Shown here piece after piece: positions 10,437 through 20,008 of a stretch of 64,000 bases of DNA. Each line of letters begins with the position of its first letter. The stretch's first letter is position 1. The notes under the pieces are model-generated. The model saw only the letters and a list, made by a program, of their open reading frames with translations. It ran no database searches and was not told the DNA's origin. Both the position numbers and the translations under genes were made by a program. Source of the DNA: Candidatus Aminicenantes bacterium (GTDB lineage Bacteria; Acidobacteriota; Aminicenantia; Aminicenantales; JAFGBC01). Location of the stretch: assembly GCA_963702005.1 (NCBI GenBank), contig OY969696.1, forward strand, positions 2,304,001-2,368,000. Reading direction: 5' to 3'.

Positions 10437-11692
10437 GATTCTCGAAGCGGACCGTCCTCGTCCTGGGCCTCCTGGCCGGAGTCCTTCCCCTCTGCGGCCA
10501 GGAATATCGGACCTTCCAGGATGAGCTGGCCGCGGTCCGCGAACGGGCCCGCTGGCGGCTGGGGCCGTTGAGGCTCGTCCCGACCCTCCAGATCCGAAAC
10601 ATCGGTTACGACAACAATGTCTATTATCGAACCCAGGACGGCCATCCTGTCGGCGATTATACCGGAACCATCGCTCCGGACCTGAAAGCCTATCTTCTTT
10701 TGGGAAGCAGCCTGATCCTCTCTTTCCAGGAAAACCCGGAATACGTCTTTTATGCCAGGGAAAAAGGATATAGGTCTTTCGCCAATAGTTACGCTCCGGG
10801 CGTCAAGCTGAACCTATTCCGGCGATTTGTCCTTTCGGGGAATTATCAGAATCAGAAACACCGGCGGCGTGTCTCGCCCGAAATCGACTACTTGACGACG
10901 GACCTAATTCGCGGAGGGGACGGCGGGTTCTTTTTCGAGACCGTCCGGAAGACCGCCCTGGGAATCACGGGCAACGTCCGGCGCTATTCTTACGAGGCTA
11001 TCCGCTTGCCGGGCTCCGACGCCCCCTTATCCCGGGAATTGGGCCGCGAGGAAAAGACCGGACAGCTCGAGTTCTATTACCGTCTCTATCCGGAAAACTT
11101 CTTTTTTCTGGACGCGGGATACACGGACGTCCGTTTTCTGGATCAGTCGGTGGCATGGCGGAACGTCTATTCCTATCAGACCTCGGGCGGCATCCGCTTC
11201 TCGCCGACGGGCCGCGTCCGCGGGCTTCTGACGCTCGGCTGGAAAAAGCTCGTTCCGCGAGCGGCCGGTCGAAAAGGGTTCCAAGGTCTCACGGCCCGGA
11301 CCGAGCTCGAGGTCCGGCTGGGGCGGATCGTCCTCAACGCCCTCCACAGCCGGGACAGCAATTTTTCCTACTGGACGAACGTCATCTATTTCATCGATCA
11401 TCGCTATGGAGCGGGCCTCTCTTTCTATCTGAATAGGTCCCTCCGCCTTGACTACAAATATCAGCAGGGCCGGATGAACTATCCGGAAAATATTTCTTAT
11501 GCGACCCCGGAGGGTCCCGTCATCCTCCAAAGGAAAGACCGGGATGAATCCCATTCCCTCGGGTTTATGGTCCGCTTGTTCCAAAGGACCGGAGTCGGGA
11601 TCTCGGCGGATTACTGGAAGAAACGGTCGAACCTGCCCGGAACAAGTATTGACCGCTGGTTCATCGGCGGCTATCTTAGCTACGAATTCTAA
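10433..11692 (+). CDS. Outer-membrane beta-barrel protein of polysaccharide export locus
   Basis: Signal peptide, alternating beta strands, C-terminal YLSYEF; upstream of wza-like gene. Confidence 0.75.
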   Translation: MRFSKRTVLVLGLLAGVLPLCGQEYRTFQDELAAVRERARWRLGPLRLVPTLQIRNIGYDNNVYYRTQDGHPVGDYTGTIAPDLKAYLLLGSSLILSFQENPEYVFYAREKGYRSFANSYAPGVKLNLFRRFVLSGNYQNQKHRRRVSPEIDYLTTDLIRGGDGGFFFETVRKTALGITGNVRRYSYEAIRLPGSDAPLSRELGREEKTGQLEFYYRLYPENFFFLDAGYTDVRFLDQSVAWRNVYSYQTSGGIRFSPTGRVRGLLTLGWKKLVPRAAGRKGFQGLTARTELEVRLGRIVLNALHSRDSNFSYWTNVIYFIDHRYGAGLSFYLNRSLRLDYKYQQGRMNYPENISYATPEGPVILQRKDRDESHSLGFMVRLFQRTGVGISADYWKKRSNLPGTSIDRWFIGGYLSYEF

Positions 11693-11712
11693 GCCGCGAC
11701 AGGAGATAGGAA

Positions 11713-12591
11713 ATGAAAAATACAGGCGTTGCGATCATCGCCCTCGCGACCCTCATCGTCATCGTCCTCGCCCCGGGCCTCGTCCCTCTCCGAGCCCAGG
11801 AGAAGGCCCAAACCCCGTCCCAGTACATCGTAGAGTACAAGATCGGGGCCAAAGACCTCCTTGAGATCAGCGTCTTCGGAGTCAATGAACTCAACACGAC
11901 CGTCCGCGTCTCCGAGGACGGGAAGATCACGCTTCCCTTGCTGGGCGAGGTCAGCGTCGACGGTTTGACCAAGTCCGAGCTCGAGAAGAAGCTGGCGACG
12001 CTCCTCGAGGAGAAGTACGTCCAGAATCCCCAGGTCACGATCTTCATCAAGGAGTACCAGAGCAAGCGGGTCTCGGTCATGGGCGCTGTCGGCAAACCGG
12101 GGGACTACGAACTTCTCGGCCGCCAGACGCTCCTCCAGATCCTGTCCCAAGCGGGCGGGCTGACCCGCGACGCCGCGAAGGAGATCATCGTCATGCGCCA
12201 GCTCCAGGACGGATCGAGCGTCTCCCACCATATCCTCATCGACGAGCTCATCCTGCGCGGCGACCCCAAGTTCAACATCCTCATCGAGCCCGGCGACATC
12301 GTCAACGTCCCGGTCGACAGGACCGTTCCCGTCTACATCTTCGGCCAGGTCAAGAATCCGGGCGCCCTGCAGGTCAAAAAATCCAGCATGCCGACCCTCC
12401 TCCAGGCCATCGCCCAGGCCGGCGGGTTCACGGACCGGGCCGCCAAGGGCTCGGTCCTCATCAAGCGCAAGGACGCGGCCGGGAAGGAAATCGAGATCAA
12501 GGTCAACGTCAAGGACATCATCAAGGGCAAGAAAAAGGATGTCCCGCTCGAGGAGAACGACACCGTCTATGTGCCCGAGAGCTTCTTTTAA
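11713..12591 (+). CDS. wza: Polysaccharide export protein (Wza-like, Poly_export + SLBB)
   Basis: YKIGAKDLLEISV, DGKITLPLLG, two SLBB repeats. Confidence 0.88.
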   Translation: MKNTGVAIIALATLIVIVLAPGLVPLRAQEKAQTPSQYIVEYKIGAKDLLEISVFGVNELNTTVRVSEDGKITLPLLGEVSVDGLTKSELEKKLATLLEEKYVQNPQVTIFIKEYQSKRVSVMGAVGKPGDYELLGRQTLLQILSQAGGLTRDAAKEIIVMRQLQDGSSVSHHILIDELILRGDPKFNILIEPGDIVNVPVDRTVPVYIFGQVKNPGALQVKKSSMPTLLQAIAQAGGFTDRAAKGSVLIKRKDAAGKEIEIKVNVKDIIKGKKKDVPLEENDTVYVPESFF

Positions 12592-12621
12592 GGCGAAGCG
12601 TCCGGGCCAAAGGGGTACACC

Positions 12622-14982
12622 ATGAACACGACGCCAGAACGGAAAGAAATCGACCTCCTGGAATACTGGAGGATCATCCTCAAGCGGAAGTGGATCCTCC
12701 TGACCTTCTGCGCCCTTCTCCTCGCCTTCGTCGGGATCTTTTCCTTCACGGCCACGCCGCTCTACCGGGCGACGGCCACGGTCATGATCGAGGAGCCGAG
12801 CTCGGGGGTCTTCAACATCCAGGAGGTCCTGGGGATGGGGGGCTTCCAGACCGATTTTTTAGGGACCTACTTCAACACCCAGCTCCGGCTCCTCCAGAGC
12901 CGGTCCCTGGCCGAGCGGGTCGCCAAGAAGATGAACCTGGCCGCCCGGCCCGAGCTCCAATCGAGGCGGACGCCCCGGCCGAACCTGCTGAGCTACGTCA
13001 AGCGGGTTCTGAGCTTGAGCTGGCTCCTCCCCGGCAAAAAGGCTTCGGCCGAAAGCGGCGGAGGGGAAACGGGGTCGGTCAAGCCGATCCAGAACGTGAA
13101 CGCTCTGTATGCGTTTACGGTCCTGGGCGGTCTCGGCATCTCCCCCGTTCCGGAGACCAGGCTCGTCCAGGTCAGCTACAGCTCCCCCTATCCCGTCCTG
13201 GCCGCGGACATCGTCAACAACCTCGTCGAGGAGTTCATCGATTTCTCGGTCGAGACGCGCTACGAGGCAACTCAGCAGGCCTCCGAGTTCCTGAGCAGCC
13301 AGATCGCCCAGCTTCGGGACGACTTGGCCGCCAAGGAACGGGAGCTCCAGCGCTACGGCGAGGAGAAGAAGCTCCTCTTCCTCAGCGACAAGGAGAGCTC
13401 GGTCGTGTCCAAGTATTCGGAGGTCAACACGGCTTACACGACGGCCCAGATCGACCGGATCAATAAAGAGGCCGTCTGGCGGGAGCTTAAGGACCTCAAG
13501 ATCGACTCGCTGCCGCCTTCGATCAACAATCCGGTCATCGAAAGCCTCAAGACGGCCTACATCCAGAACAAGAACGAGTACGACGAGAAGAGCAAGGTCT
13601 TCAAGCCCGATTACCCGGGCATGATCCAGCTCATGGCCCGCCTCGACAGCGCCCGGGGCAATCTCGAAAGCGAGATCGGGAAGGCGGTCGACGCGGCCGA
13701 GTCCGACTACCGGGCGGCCTTCAAGACCGAGCAGTCCCTCCAGGGCCTGCTCGAAACCCAGCGGACCGACGTCGTCAAGATGAACAACAACGCCATCCTC
13801 TACAACAACCTCCGGATCGACGTCGAGAACAAGCGGATCCTCCTCAACTCGCTCGTCGCCAAGCAGAACGAGACCCTCGTCTCGGCCCGGCTGGGCGGGC
13901 TGCGGACCTCGAGCATCAAGATCATCGATCGGGCCCTCGTCCCGGGGGGGCCGTACTCCCCCAACACGCATCGGAACCTGATTATGGCCATCCTGCTCGG
14001 AGTCATCGGCGGGCTGGGGCTCATCTTCCTGGTCGAGTTCCTGGACAATGCCGTTAAGGGGCCGGAGGACGTCGAGAAGCTGGTCGGGCTTCCCTCGCTG
14101 GGAGTCATTCCCTACCTGTCCCCCGAAGCGACCAAGAAGAGGTACGATTCGCGAAATTACGGCTACAACTACAGGAGCAGCTACGCGAGCACCTACGGAG
14201 ACGGCGAAGCGAGCAAGAGCGACCAGCCGCCGCCCGAACAGCGCCAGATCGAGCTCATCAACCACCTCTACCCCAAATTCTCCATCTCCGAGGACTACCG
14301 GACGGTCCGGACCTCGATCCTGTTCTCCCACGCCGACACCGCCCCCAAGGTCATCAGCTTTACGAGCTCGATGCCCCAGGAAGGAAAGACGGCCACCGTC
14401 GCCAACTTGGCCGTATCGTTCGCCCAGCTCGAAGGCCGGGTCCTCATCGTCGACGCCGACCTCCGCAAGCCGCGGATGCACAAGGTCTTCAAGGCCCGCA
14501 ACACGATCGGCCTGGCCGGGTTCCTGACCGGGAAGGTCGCCCTGGAGGAGATCGTCCAGAAGACCTCGATCGACCGCATCTGGCTCATTCCCAGCGGCCC
14601 CCATCCGCCCAACCCGGCGGAGCTCCTCAACTCCAAGCGGATGCGGGACCTGGTCAACGTCGTCCGGGAGAAGTTCGACATCGTTCTCGTCGACGCCCCG
14701 CCCGCCCTGGCCGTCATCGACCCGGTCATCATCAGCTCCCTCTCGGACGTGACGGTCTTTATTATTCGGGCCGGAAAGACGACGCGCAAGGCTTTGGTCA
14801 AGGCCGTCGGGGAAGTCCGAAAGTCCAAGGCCGACATCGTCGGCGTCATCTTCAACGAGGTCAAGACCGGCGGCGAAGGCCGCGGCGCCCCTTACTATCA
14901 TTACTATCAGTACGAGTACTACACGAACGAATCCGAACCGGCTCGGGGTCATGAGACGGCCGCTAACGGGAAACGTTCGTAA
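12622..14982 (+). CDS. wzc: Polysaccharide co-polymerase / BY tyrosine kinase
   Basis: Wzz-like N-terminus, Walker A PQEGKT, DADLRKP, C-terminal Tyr cluster YYHYYQYEYY. Confidence 0.92.
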   Translation: MNTTPERKEIDLLEYWRIILKRKWILLTFCALLLAFVGIFSFTATPLYRATATVMIEEPSSGVFNIQEVLGMGGFQTDFLGTYFNTQLRLLQSRSLAERVAKKMNLAARPELQSRRTPRPNLLSYVKRVLSLSWLLPGKKASAESGGGETGSVKPIQNVNALYAFTVLGGLGISPVPETRLVQVSYSSPYPVLAADIVNNLVEEFIDFSVETRYEATQQASEFLSSQIAQLRDDLAAKERELQRYGEEKKLLFLSDKESSVVSKYSEVNTAYTTAQIDRINKEAVWRELKDLKIDSLPPSINNPVIESLKTAYIQNKNEYDEKSKVFKPDYPGMIQLMARLDSARGNLESEIGKAVDAAESDYRAAFKTEQSLQGLLETQRTDVVKMNNNAILYNNLRIDVENKRILLNSLVAKQNETLVSARLGGLRTSSIKIIDRALVPGGPYSPNTHRNLIMAILLGVIGGLGLIFLVEFLDNAVKGPEDVEKLVGLPSLGVIPYLSPEATKKRYDSRNYGYNYRSSYASTYGDGEASKSDQPPPEQRQIELINHLYPKFSISEDYRTVRTSILFSHADTAPKVISFTSSMPQEGKTATVANLAVSFAQLEGRVLIVDADLRKPRMHKVFKARNTIGLAGFLTGKVALEEIVQKTSIDRIWLIPSGPHPPNPAELLNSKRMRDLVNVVREKFDIVLVDAPPALAVIDPVIISSLSDVTVFIIRAGKTTRKALVKAVGEVRKSKADIVGVIFNEVKTGGEGRGAPYYHYYQYEYYTNESEPARGHETAANGKRS

Positions 14983-15006
14983 TCCGATAGTCATTAAACC
15001 GACACG

Positions 15007-15813
15007 ATGATCGACCTTCACTGCCATATCCTGCCGGGCTTGGACGACGGCGCCGTCGACATGGCCGAGTCCGTCGAGATGGCCCGGATCCTCCGCGACG
15101 AGGGGGTGCGGACCGTCGTCGCGACGCCCCACGTCTTCCGCGACGGCTCGGATCCCAAGGTCCTGACCCTGATGGTCAGGAAGCGGGAGGAACTGGCCCA
15201 GGCCCTGGCCAAGGAAAAGATCGACCTCGATGTCGTCAGCGGGGCCGAGGCCTATTTCTCTCACGAATTCCTCGACGAGGTCCGCAAGAAGAGGAAACGG
15301 CTCGTCGTCAACGGCTCTGCCTATCTGTTCGTCGAATTCCCCGCCGACCACATCTACGCCGGCGCCCGGAACATCTTCTTCGACCTCCTCAACGAGGGGC
15401 TCATCCCGATCATCGCCCATCCCGAGCGGAACACCGGCTTTCAAAAGGAGCCGGCCCTCCTCTATGAGCTGGTCCGGATGGGTGCCCTTGCCCAAGCCAA
15501 CAGCCGGAGCTTCCTGGGCGGATACGGAACCCGGGTCCGGGAAACGGCGGTATCGTTTCTAAAGCTCAACCTCGTCCAGCTCATTGCCAGTGACGGGCAC
15601 AGCCCCCGGACGCGGAGCCCGCGGATGCGGGCGGCCGTGGCCGAGGTTGCCAAGATGGTGGGCGAGAAGGCCGCCCTGGCCATGGTGACGGCGAACCCGG
15701 AGGCCGTCATCAAGGATGGGGAGCCGCCTTATCGCCCCGACCCCGTCGATCCATCGACCCGGAAGAAATCGCTCAAGGTCCCGATCCCCTCTTTTTTCAA
15801 GTTCAGGAAATAG
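15007..15813 (+). CDS. PHP-family tyrosine phosphatase (CpsB/YwqE)
   Basis: MIDLHCHILPGLDDG, ATPH, IAHPER, ASDGH. Confidence 0.92.
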   Translation: MIDLHCHILPGLDDGAVDMAESVEMARILRDEGVRTVVATPHVFRDGSDPKVLTLMVRKREELAQALAKEKIDLDVVSGAEAYFSHEFLDEVRKKRKRLVVNGSAYLFVEFPADHIYAGARNIFFDLLNEGLIPIIAHPERNTGFQKEPALLYELVRMGALAQANSRSFLGGYGTRVRETAVSFLKLNLVQLIASDGHSPRTRSPRMRAAVAEVAKMVGEKAALAMVTANPEAVIKDGEPPYRPDPVDPSTRKKSLKVPIPSFFKFRK

Positions 15814-15848
15814 GGGATCATGGGGTATGATACCTTGAGGAAACGACC

Positions 15849-17324
15849 ATGGAGATAGAAGCGCAGGCGGCCGTCCTGTCCGACAAGGATATCTTCCTAC
15901 GCCGCGTCATCGAGTACGGCCTGCTGGCCGTCATCGTCCTGAGCCCGCTCCCGGCCGCCTCGGTCTACGAGTGGTCCATTCTGGGGATTCAGCTCGTGGC
16001 GCTGGCAATGACGGCCGCCTTCGTCTTCCTCGATGAAAAACCGGCCGTCAACACGATCCTCCTGTCGTCATTGAAATGGCCGGGCCGGCTACTCAAAGTC
16101 TTCGCGGCCTTCGTCCTCGTCCAAATCATCCCTTGGCCCGGGTTTCTCGTTTCCCTCCTCTCGCCCGGCGCCGCGGCCTTCCGCGGGGACTTCCATCCGC
16201 TCTTTCCGTCCTCCGATTTCATGAGCTTCTCGCTCGTCCCGGCCCGAACCCTCCAGGCCGGGCTCGAGCTGCTGCCATACATCCTGATCGGCTTCCTTAT
16301 CATCCGTACCATTCATCACCGACAGCAGATCCGCCGCATGCTGATCGTCCTCGTCGCCATGGGATTCTTCGAGGCCTTCTACGGCCTGTTCGAGCTGTCC
16401 CGCTCCAACCCCCGGGTCCTGTTCTATAAGAAGCTCTACAACCTCGATTCCCTGACGGGCACCTTCATCAACCGGAACCACCTGTCCGGCTATCTCGAGA
16501 TGATCCTGCCCCTGGCCATCGGGCTCGTCCTGGCCCGGATCGATTTCTTCGCCGTATCCGGAAAAGGCTGGCGGGACAAGCTCATCCAGTTCGCCGGCAA
16601 GGGCGCCTCCCAGAATGTCCTCATGACCATGGCCGCCGTCGTCATTTCCATCGGCATCGTCCTGTCCAGGTCCCGGTCGGGCGCCTTCGCCCTCGTCTTC
16701 GGGTTCATCCTGTTTTTCGGCCTGACCGCGCTCTACTTCGGCAAGCTGCGGACCCGCCAGATCTGGATGAGGAACTTTCTGACCGTGACCTTTTGGATCG
16801 TCATCGCCCTTTCCCTTTATGTCGGAATCGGCGCGACCATCCAGCGATTCGGCGCGGACAACCTTCTTCAGGGCGGGCGGCCGATTTACTGGAAGAACGT
16901 CTTGGGCATGATCGGCCGCTTCCCGCTCCTGGGGACCGGGTTGGGGACGTTCGGCTACGTCTATCCGGCCTTCGAAGCGGCCGGCGGCGGCGAGGGGGTC
17001 CTCCTCCACGCCCATAACGACTACCTGGAGTTCTTCTCCGAGCTGGGTTTGGCAGGCACGATCCTCTTGGGCGGAGCCGTCATTCTCCTGATCCTCAAGG
17101 CGTTCATGATGTGGAGGACGCGCGTCAACCCCGAGATGAAGGGGCTGGCCTTGGGTGGGCTCGTCTCTTTGTTTCTGATCCTGTTCCACAGCCTGACCGA
17201 TTTCAACCTCCAGATCCCGGCCAACCGGCTCCTATTCACGGTCGTCTTGGCCTTGACCCTGGTTGCGGCTTACCACGGGCGAACCCCGGGGCGCGTCGCC
17301 CAGCTCCGGAGATTCCCGCGATGA
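15849..17324 (+). CDS. O-antigen ligase family protein (possible O-oligosaccharyltransferase)
   Basis: GTFINRNH, SRSG, GTGLGTF, HAHNDYLE, HSLTDFNL. Confidence 0.85.
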   Translation: MEIEAQAAVLSDKDIFLRRVIEYGLLAVIVLSPLPAASVYEWSILGIQLVALAMTAAFVFLDEKPAVNTILLSSLKWPGRLLKVFAAFVLVQIIPWPGFLVSLLSPGAAAFRGDFHPLFPSSDFMSFSLVPARTLQAGLELLPYILIGFLIIRTIHHRQQIRRMLIVLVAMGFFEAFYGLFELSRSNPRVLFYKKLYNLDSLTGTFINRNHLSGYLEMILPLAIGLVLARIDFFAVSGKGWRDKLIQFAGKGASQNVLMTMAAVVISIGIVLSRSRSGAFALVFGFILFFGLTALYFGKLRTRQIWMRNFLTVTFWIVIALSLYVGIGATIQRFGADNLLQGGRPIYWKNVLGMIGRFPLLGTGLGTFGYVYPAFEAAGGGEGVLLHAHNDYLEFFSELGLAGTILLGGAVILLILKAFMMWRTRVNPEMKGLALGGLVSLFLILFHSLTDFNLQIPANRLLFTVVLALTLVAAYHGRTPGRVAQLRRFPR

Positions 17325-19021
17325 AAGCCCTCAAGCGCTTTCTGTTCATCGGCGGGCTTCTCCTCATCGCGGCCGTCGACATCGCGATCTACTGGAACTT
17401 CCATCTCTACCGGAAGACCGTTCGCTCCGAGGCCATCAACGCGGACAAGGTCGTAGAGCTGGAGAGGGCGGACCGCCTCTTTCCCTTCAACGAGTTGGTT
17501 CGGTTCGAGCTGGGCCAGGCCCGCTTCGGCTTGGCCATGGACGAGCTGGCGAACGCCAAGGTCCGGGACGCTGCGCTCGATGCCGGACTCCGCGACCTGG
17601 AAGCCTCGCTACGGCTGAACCCGGCCTCGGCCCGCGTCCAGTTCCAGTATGCCCAGGCCCTTCTCTATCGGAGCTACTTCGCTCCCTTGGATAAAACGCG
17701 CGTCTACGAGGAATACAAAAAGGCGGCCCGTCTGACCGGGCACCAAGCGCCGATTTACTTCGAGGTCGGCAAGATCCTTTTATCCCAGTGGGCGAGCCTC
17801 GGCGAGGCGGACCGGACTTTCACGCTCGGGCTCCTCGAGACCGTCCTCCGCCAGCCGGAAAAAACCAAGCTGGCGACCGTCCTCCAAATCTGGGACCTCG
17901 CGGTCCGGGACTACGGCGTCATGGAGAAGATCTTTCCCGCAAACGCCGACGCCTGCCGACAGTATGGCCAGTTCCTGGGCGAGAAGGAATTGTCCCTGGC
18001 CGAACGGCAGCGCGTCCTGGCCAAGGCCGAGGGCCTGGACTTCGACCGGGCCAAGCGGGAATTCGAGCTCGGCGACCGGGCGTTTCAGCTTTTCCAGTTC
18101 GGCGACGCTTTCAACCGCTACCAGTGGTGCCTGGGCATCCTGAAGGGAATCCGCTTCTACCAGGACCTGGGCGGGGAGAAGATCATCGATCCGGCCGAGT
18201 ACCGAAGTCTGCTCAAAGCGACCTACCTCGTCATGGCCAAGAGCCGCCTGGAGGAGGGGAGGCCGTTCGAGGACGCGCTGCCCTTCCTGCAGAGCTACGT
18301 CGAGCTCGAGGATGAGATCCCCGCGCTCGGGGATCTGGAGACGTTCTTCAAGGAGAGGGGACTCGTCGAGGACAACCTCGCGGCCGGCGCCAAGGACTTC
18401 AGGCTTTTCGCCTTCCATGCCCTGCTCGCCTTCAAGCAGAGCCGCTACCGGGACGTCATCCAGGTCGGGGTGGACATGCAGCGGGGGGTTCTCGTCGTGC
18501 CCGAGGCGTCCAAGCAGGATTACGCGACGATCCTCGAGCTGGTGGGCGATTCCTACCAGAAGCTCGACTACATCTACGAGTCCAACGATTATTACGCCAA
18601 GGCGCTGGCTCAGGAGCCGGACGACCTGGCCGTGCTCTTGAAGCTGAGAAAGAACCGCGAAAGACTCAACGAGGAGGCGGGCATTCGCGAAGCCGATTCC
18701 AAGATCGCGAGGCTCCTGACGCCGAGCGAGGCGGTCCCGAGCGACCGCCCCGTGGAGAAGGGGAAGCCTTTCGTCAAGACTCTGACACTTGACGGCTCCG
18801 ACCTGACGTTGGAAATCGCCGTCAGCGCCCCTAAAACCGAACGGGTCCCGCTCCTGGAGATCGCCTGGAACGATCGTATCGTCTGGGAGGGTTTCGTCCG
18901 GGCACAAACGATCAAGCTTGATGTCTCATCCCTGCTCGGAATGAATAATTTAACCCTGATTCCGGTCAACATTCCCGTCTCCATAGGTAGAATTTTCTGG
19001 GAATTTGGAAAAAAAACATAA
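17321..19021 (+). CDS. Membrane-anchored TPR-like protein
   Basis: N-terminal TM, helical TPR-like repeats; ATGA-coupled to ligase. Confidence 0.6.
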   Translation: MKALKRFLFIGGLLLIAAVDIAIYWNFHLYRKTVRSEAINADKVVELERADRLFPFNELVRFELGQARFGLAMDELANAKVRDAALDAGLRDLEASLRLNPASARVQFQYAQALLYRSYFAPLDKTRVYEEYKKAARLTGHQAPIYFEVGKILLSQWASLGEADRTFTLGLLETVLRQPEKTKLATVLQIWDLAVRDYGVMEKIFPANADACRQYGQFLGEKELSLAERQRVLAKAEGLDFDRAKREFELGDRAFQLFQFGDAFNRYQWCLGILKGIRFYQDLGGEKIIDPAEYRSLLKATYLVMAKSRLEEGRPFEDALPFLQSYVELEDEIPALGDLETFFKERGLVEDNLAAGAKDFRLFAFHALLAFKQSRYRDVIQVGVDMQRGVLVVPEASKQDYATILELVGDSYQKLDYIYESNDYYAKALAQEPDDLAVLLKLRKNRERLNEEAGIREADSKIARLLTPSEAVPSDRPVEKGKPFVKTLTLDGSDLTLEIAVSAPKTERVPLLEIAWNDRIVWEGFVRAQTIKLDVSSLLGMNNLTLIPVNIPVSIGRIFWEFGKKT

Positions 19022-19104
19022 AATAGCTTGACATGAGCAGGAAAAGCGGCGAAAATGGGCTTTCTTTTTTTGTTAAAGAGTCTATTTTTTTTGAAAATAA
19101 GGCC

Positions 19105-19133
19105 TTGACAAATCAAGTCTAAGGTGTTAAATT
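19105..19133 (+). promoter_or_regulatory. Sigma-70 promoter
   Basis: TTGACA-N17-TAAATT in AT-rich intergenic region. Confidence 0.6.
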
Positions 19134-19159
19134 CATAGTGACTCTCGAAGGAGGATTTT

Positions 19160-19963
19160 GTGTTTGAGGCGCGATTGAAAGGAAGTAGAGGTATACTCTG
19201 TGCAGCAACCCTGTTGGTTTGCGCGCTTCACCCCGTTTTGCAGGCTTCGGAAGCGTCGGCGTCTAGGGGCAATCTGATCGGCTTTATCTACGGCCAGGAT
19301 GAGACTACCCCGCTTTCGGGCGCCATCGTCACCCTGAAGAGCATCGAGACTGGGTCCACTTTTGAAAGCGTTCCAACCGACTCCCTGGGCATTTTCAGGA
19401 TGAGCGGGCTGGTCGCGGGCGTATACGCCATGGGCGTCGCCTCGCCGGCCGGCGGGTTCAACGCCACGAGCTTGGTCGGGGTCAAGGCCAACGAAACCGC
19501 CAAGGTCAGCGTTGCCCTCCAGCCCTATGAACAGCAAGTCGCCAAAGCCGTCGCCCAGGTCAACAACTCCCAGACAAAAGCCGGCGAATCCCGGGTGGGC
19601 CGTGTTATTGAATTCCTCCCGGGGACCGTCGAGGGCCAGGTCTTTATCGAACTGGGCCTCCTTCAGCAGAACGACCGGATCCGAGTCCTCGGGAAACGGA
19701 CGGATTTCTACCAGGACGTCAAGAGCCTCGTGTTCCAGGGCATGCCCGTCAAGCGGGCCTTCGGCGGCCAGACCGTCCAGCTCAAGCTCATCAAGCCGGC
19801 TGAGGCGGGCGATATCGTCTATATCGTCTGCAAGCGGGGGATCCCCCCCATCTTCCTCAGCCCGCTGGGGATCGCCGCCATCGTGGCCGGGACGGGCGCC
19901 ATCGCTTACGGCGTCATCGTCATACCGGACGAACCGGTCCCGGTTTCCGTTTACAAGTACTGA
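19160..19963 (+). CDS. Exported carboxypeptidase-regulatory-like domain protein with C-terminal TM anchor
   Basis: Signal peptide; G.I.GQD..PLSGA.V...TDSLG.F..SGL.AG.Y pattern; C-terminal hydrophobic helix. Confidence 0.65.
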   Translation: MFEARLKGSRGILCAATLLVCALHPVLQASEASASRGNLIGFIYGQDETTPLSGAIVTLKSIETGSTFESVPTDSLGIFRMSGLVAGVYAMGVASPAGGFNATSLVGVKANETAKVSVALQPYEQQVAKAVAQVNNSQTKAGESRVGRVIEFLPGTVEGQVFIELGLLQQNDRIRVLGKRTDFYQDVKSLVFQGMPVKRAFGGQTVQLKLIKPAEAGDIVYIVCKRGIPPIFLSPLGIAAIVAGTGAIAYGVIVIPDEPVPVSVYKY

Positions 19964-20008
19964 CCGGCGGCGCCCGCGCTCCTCGTTTTGCGGAGGGGGT
20001 ATTCATCC

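Noticed and set aside
12859-15495. Long antisense ORFs (878 aa here; others opposite hutU, prfA, gltX and the peptidase)
   Set aside because: Shadow frames of GC3-rich genes; no motifs, and they overlap well-supported genes.
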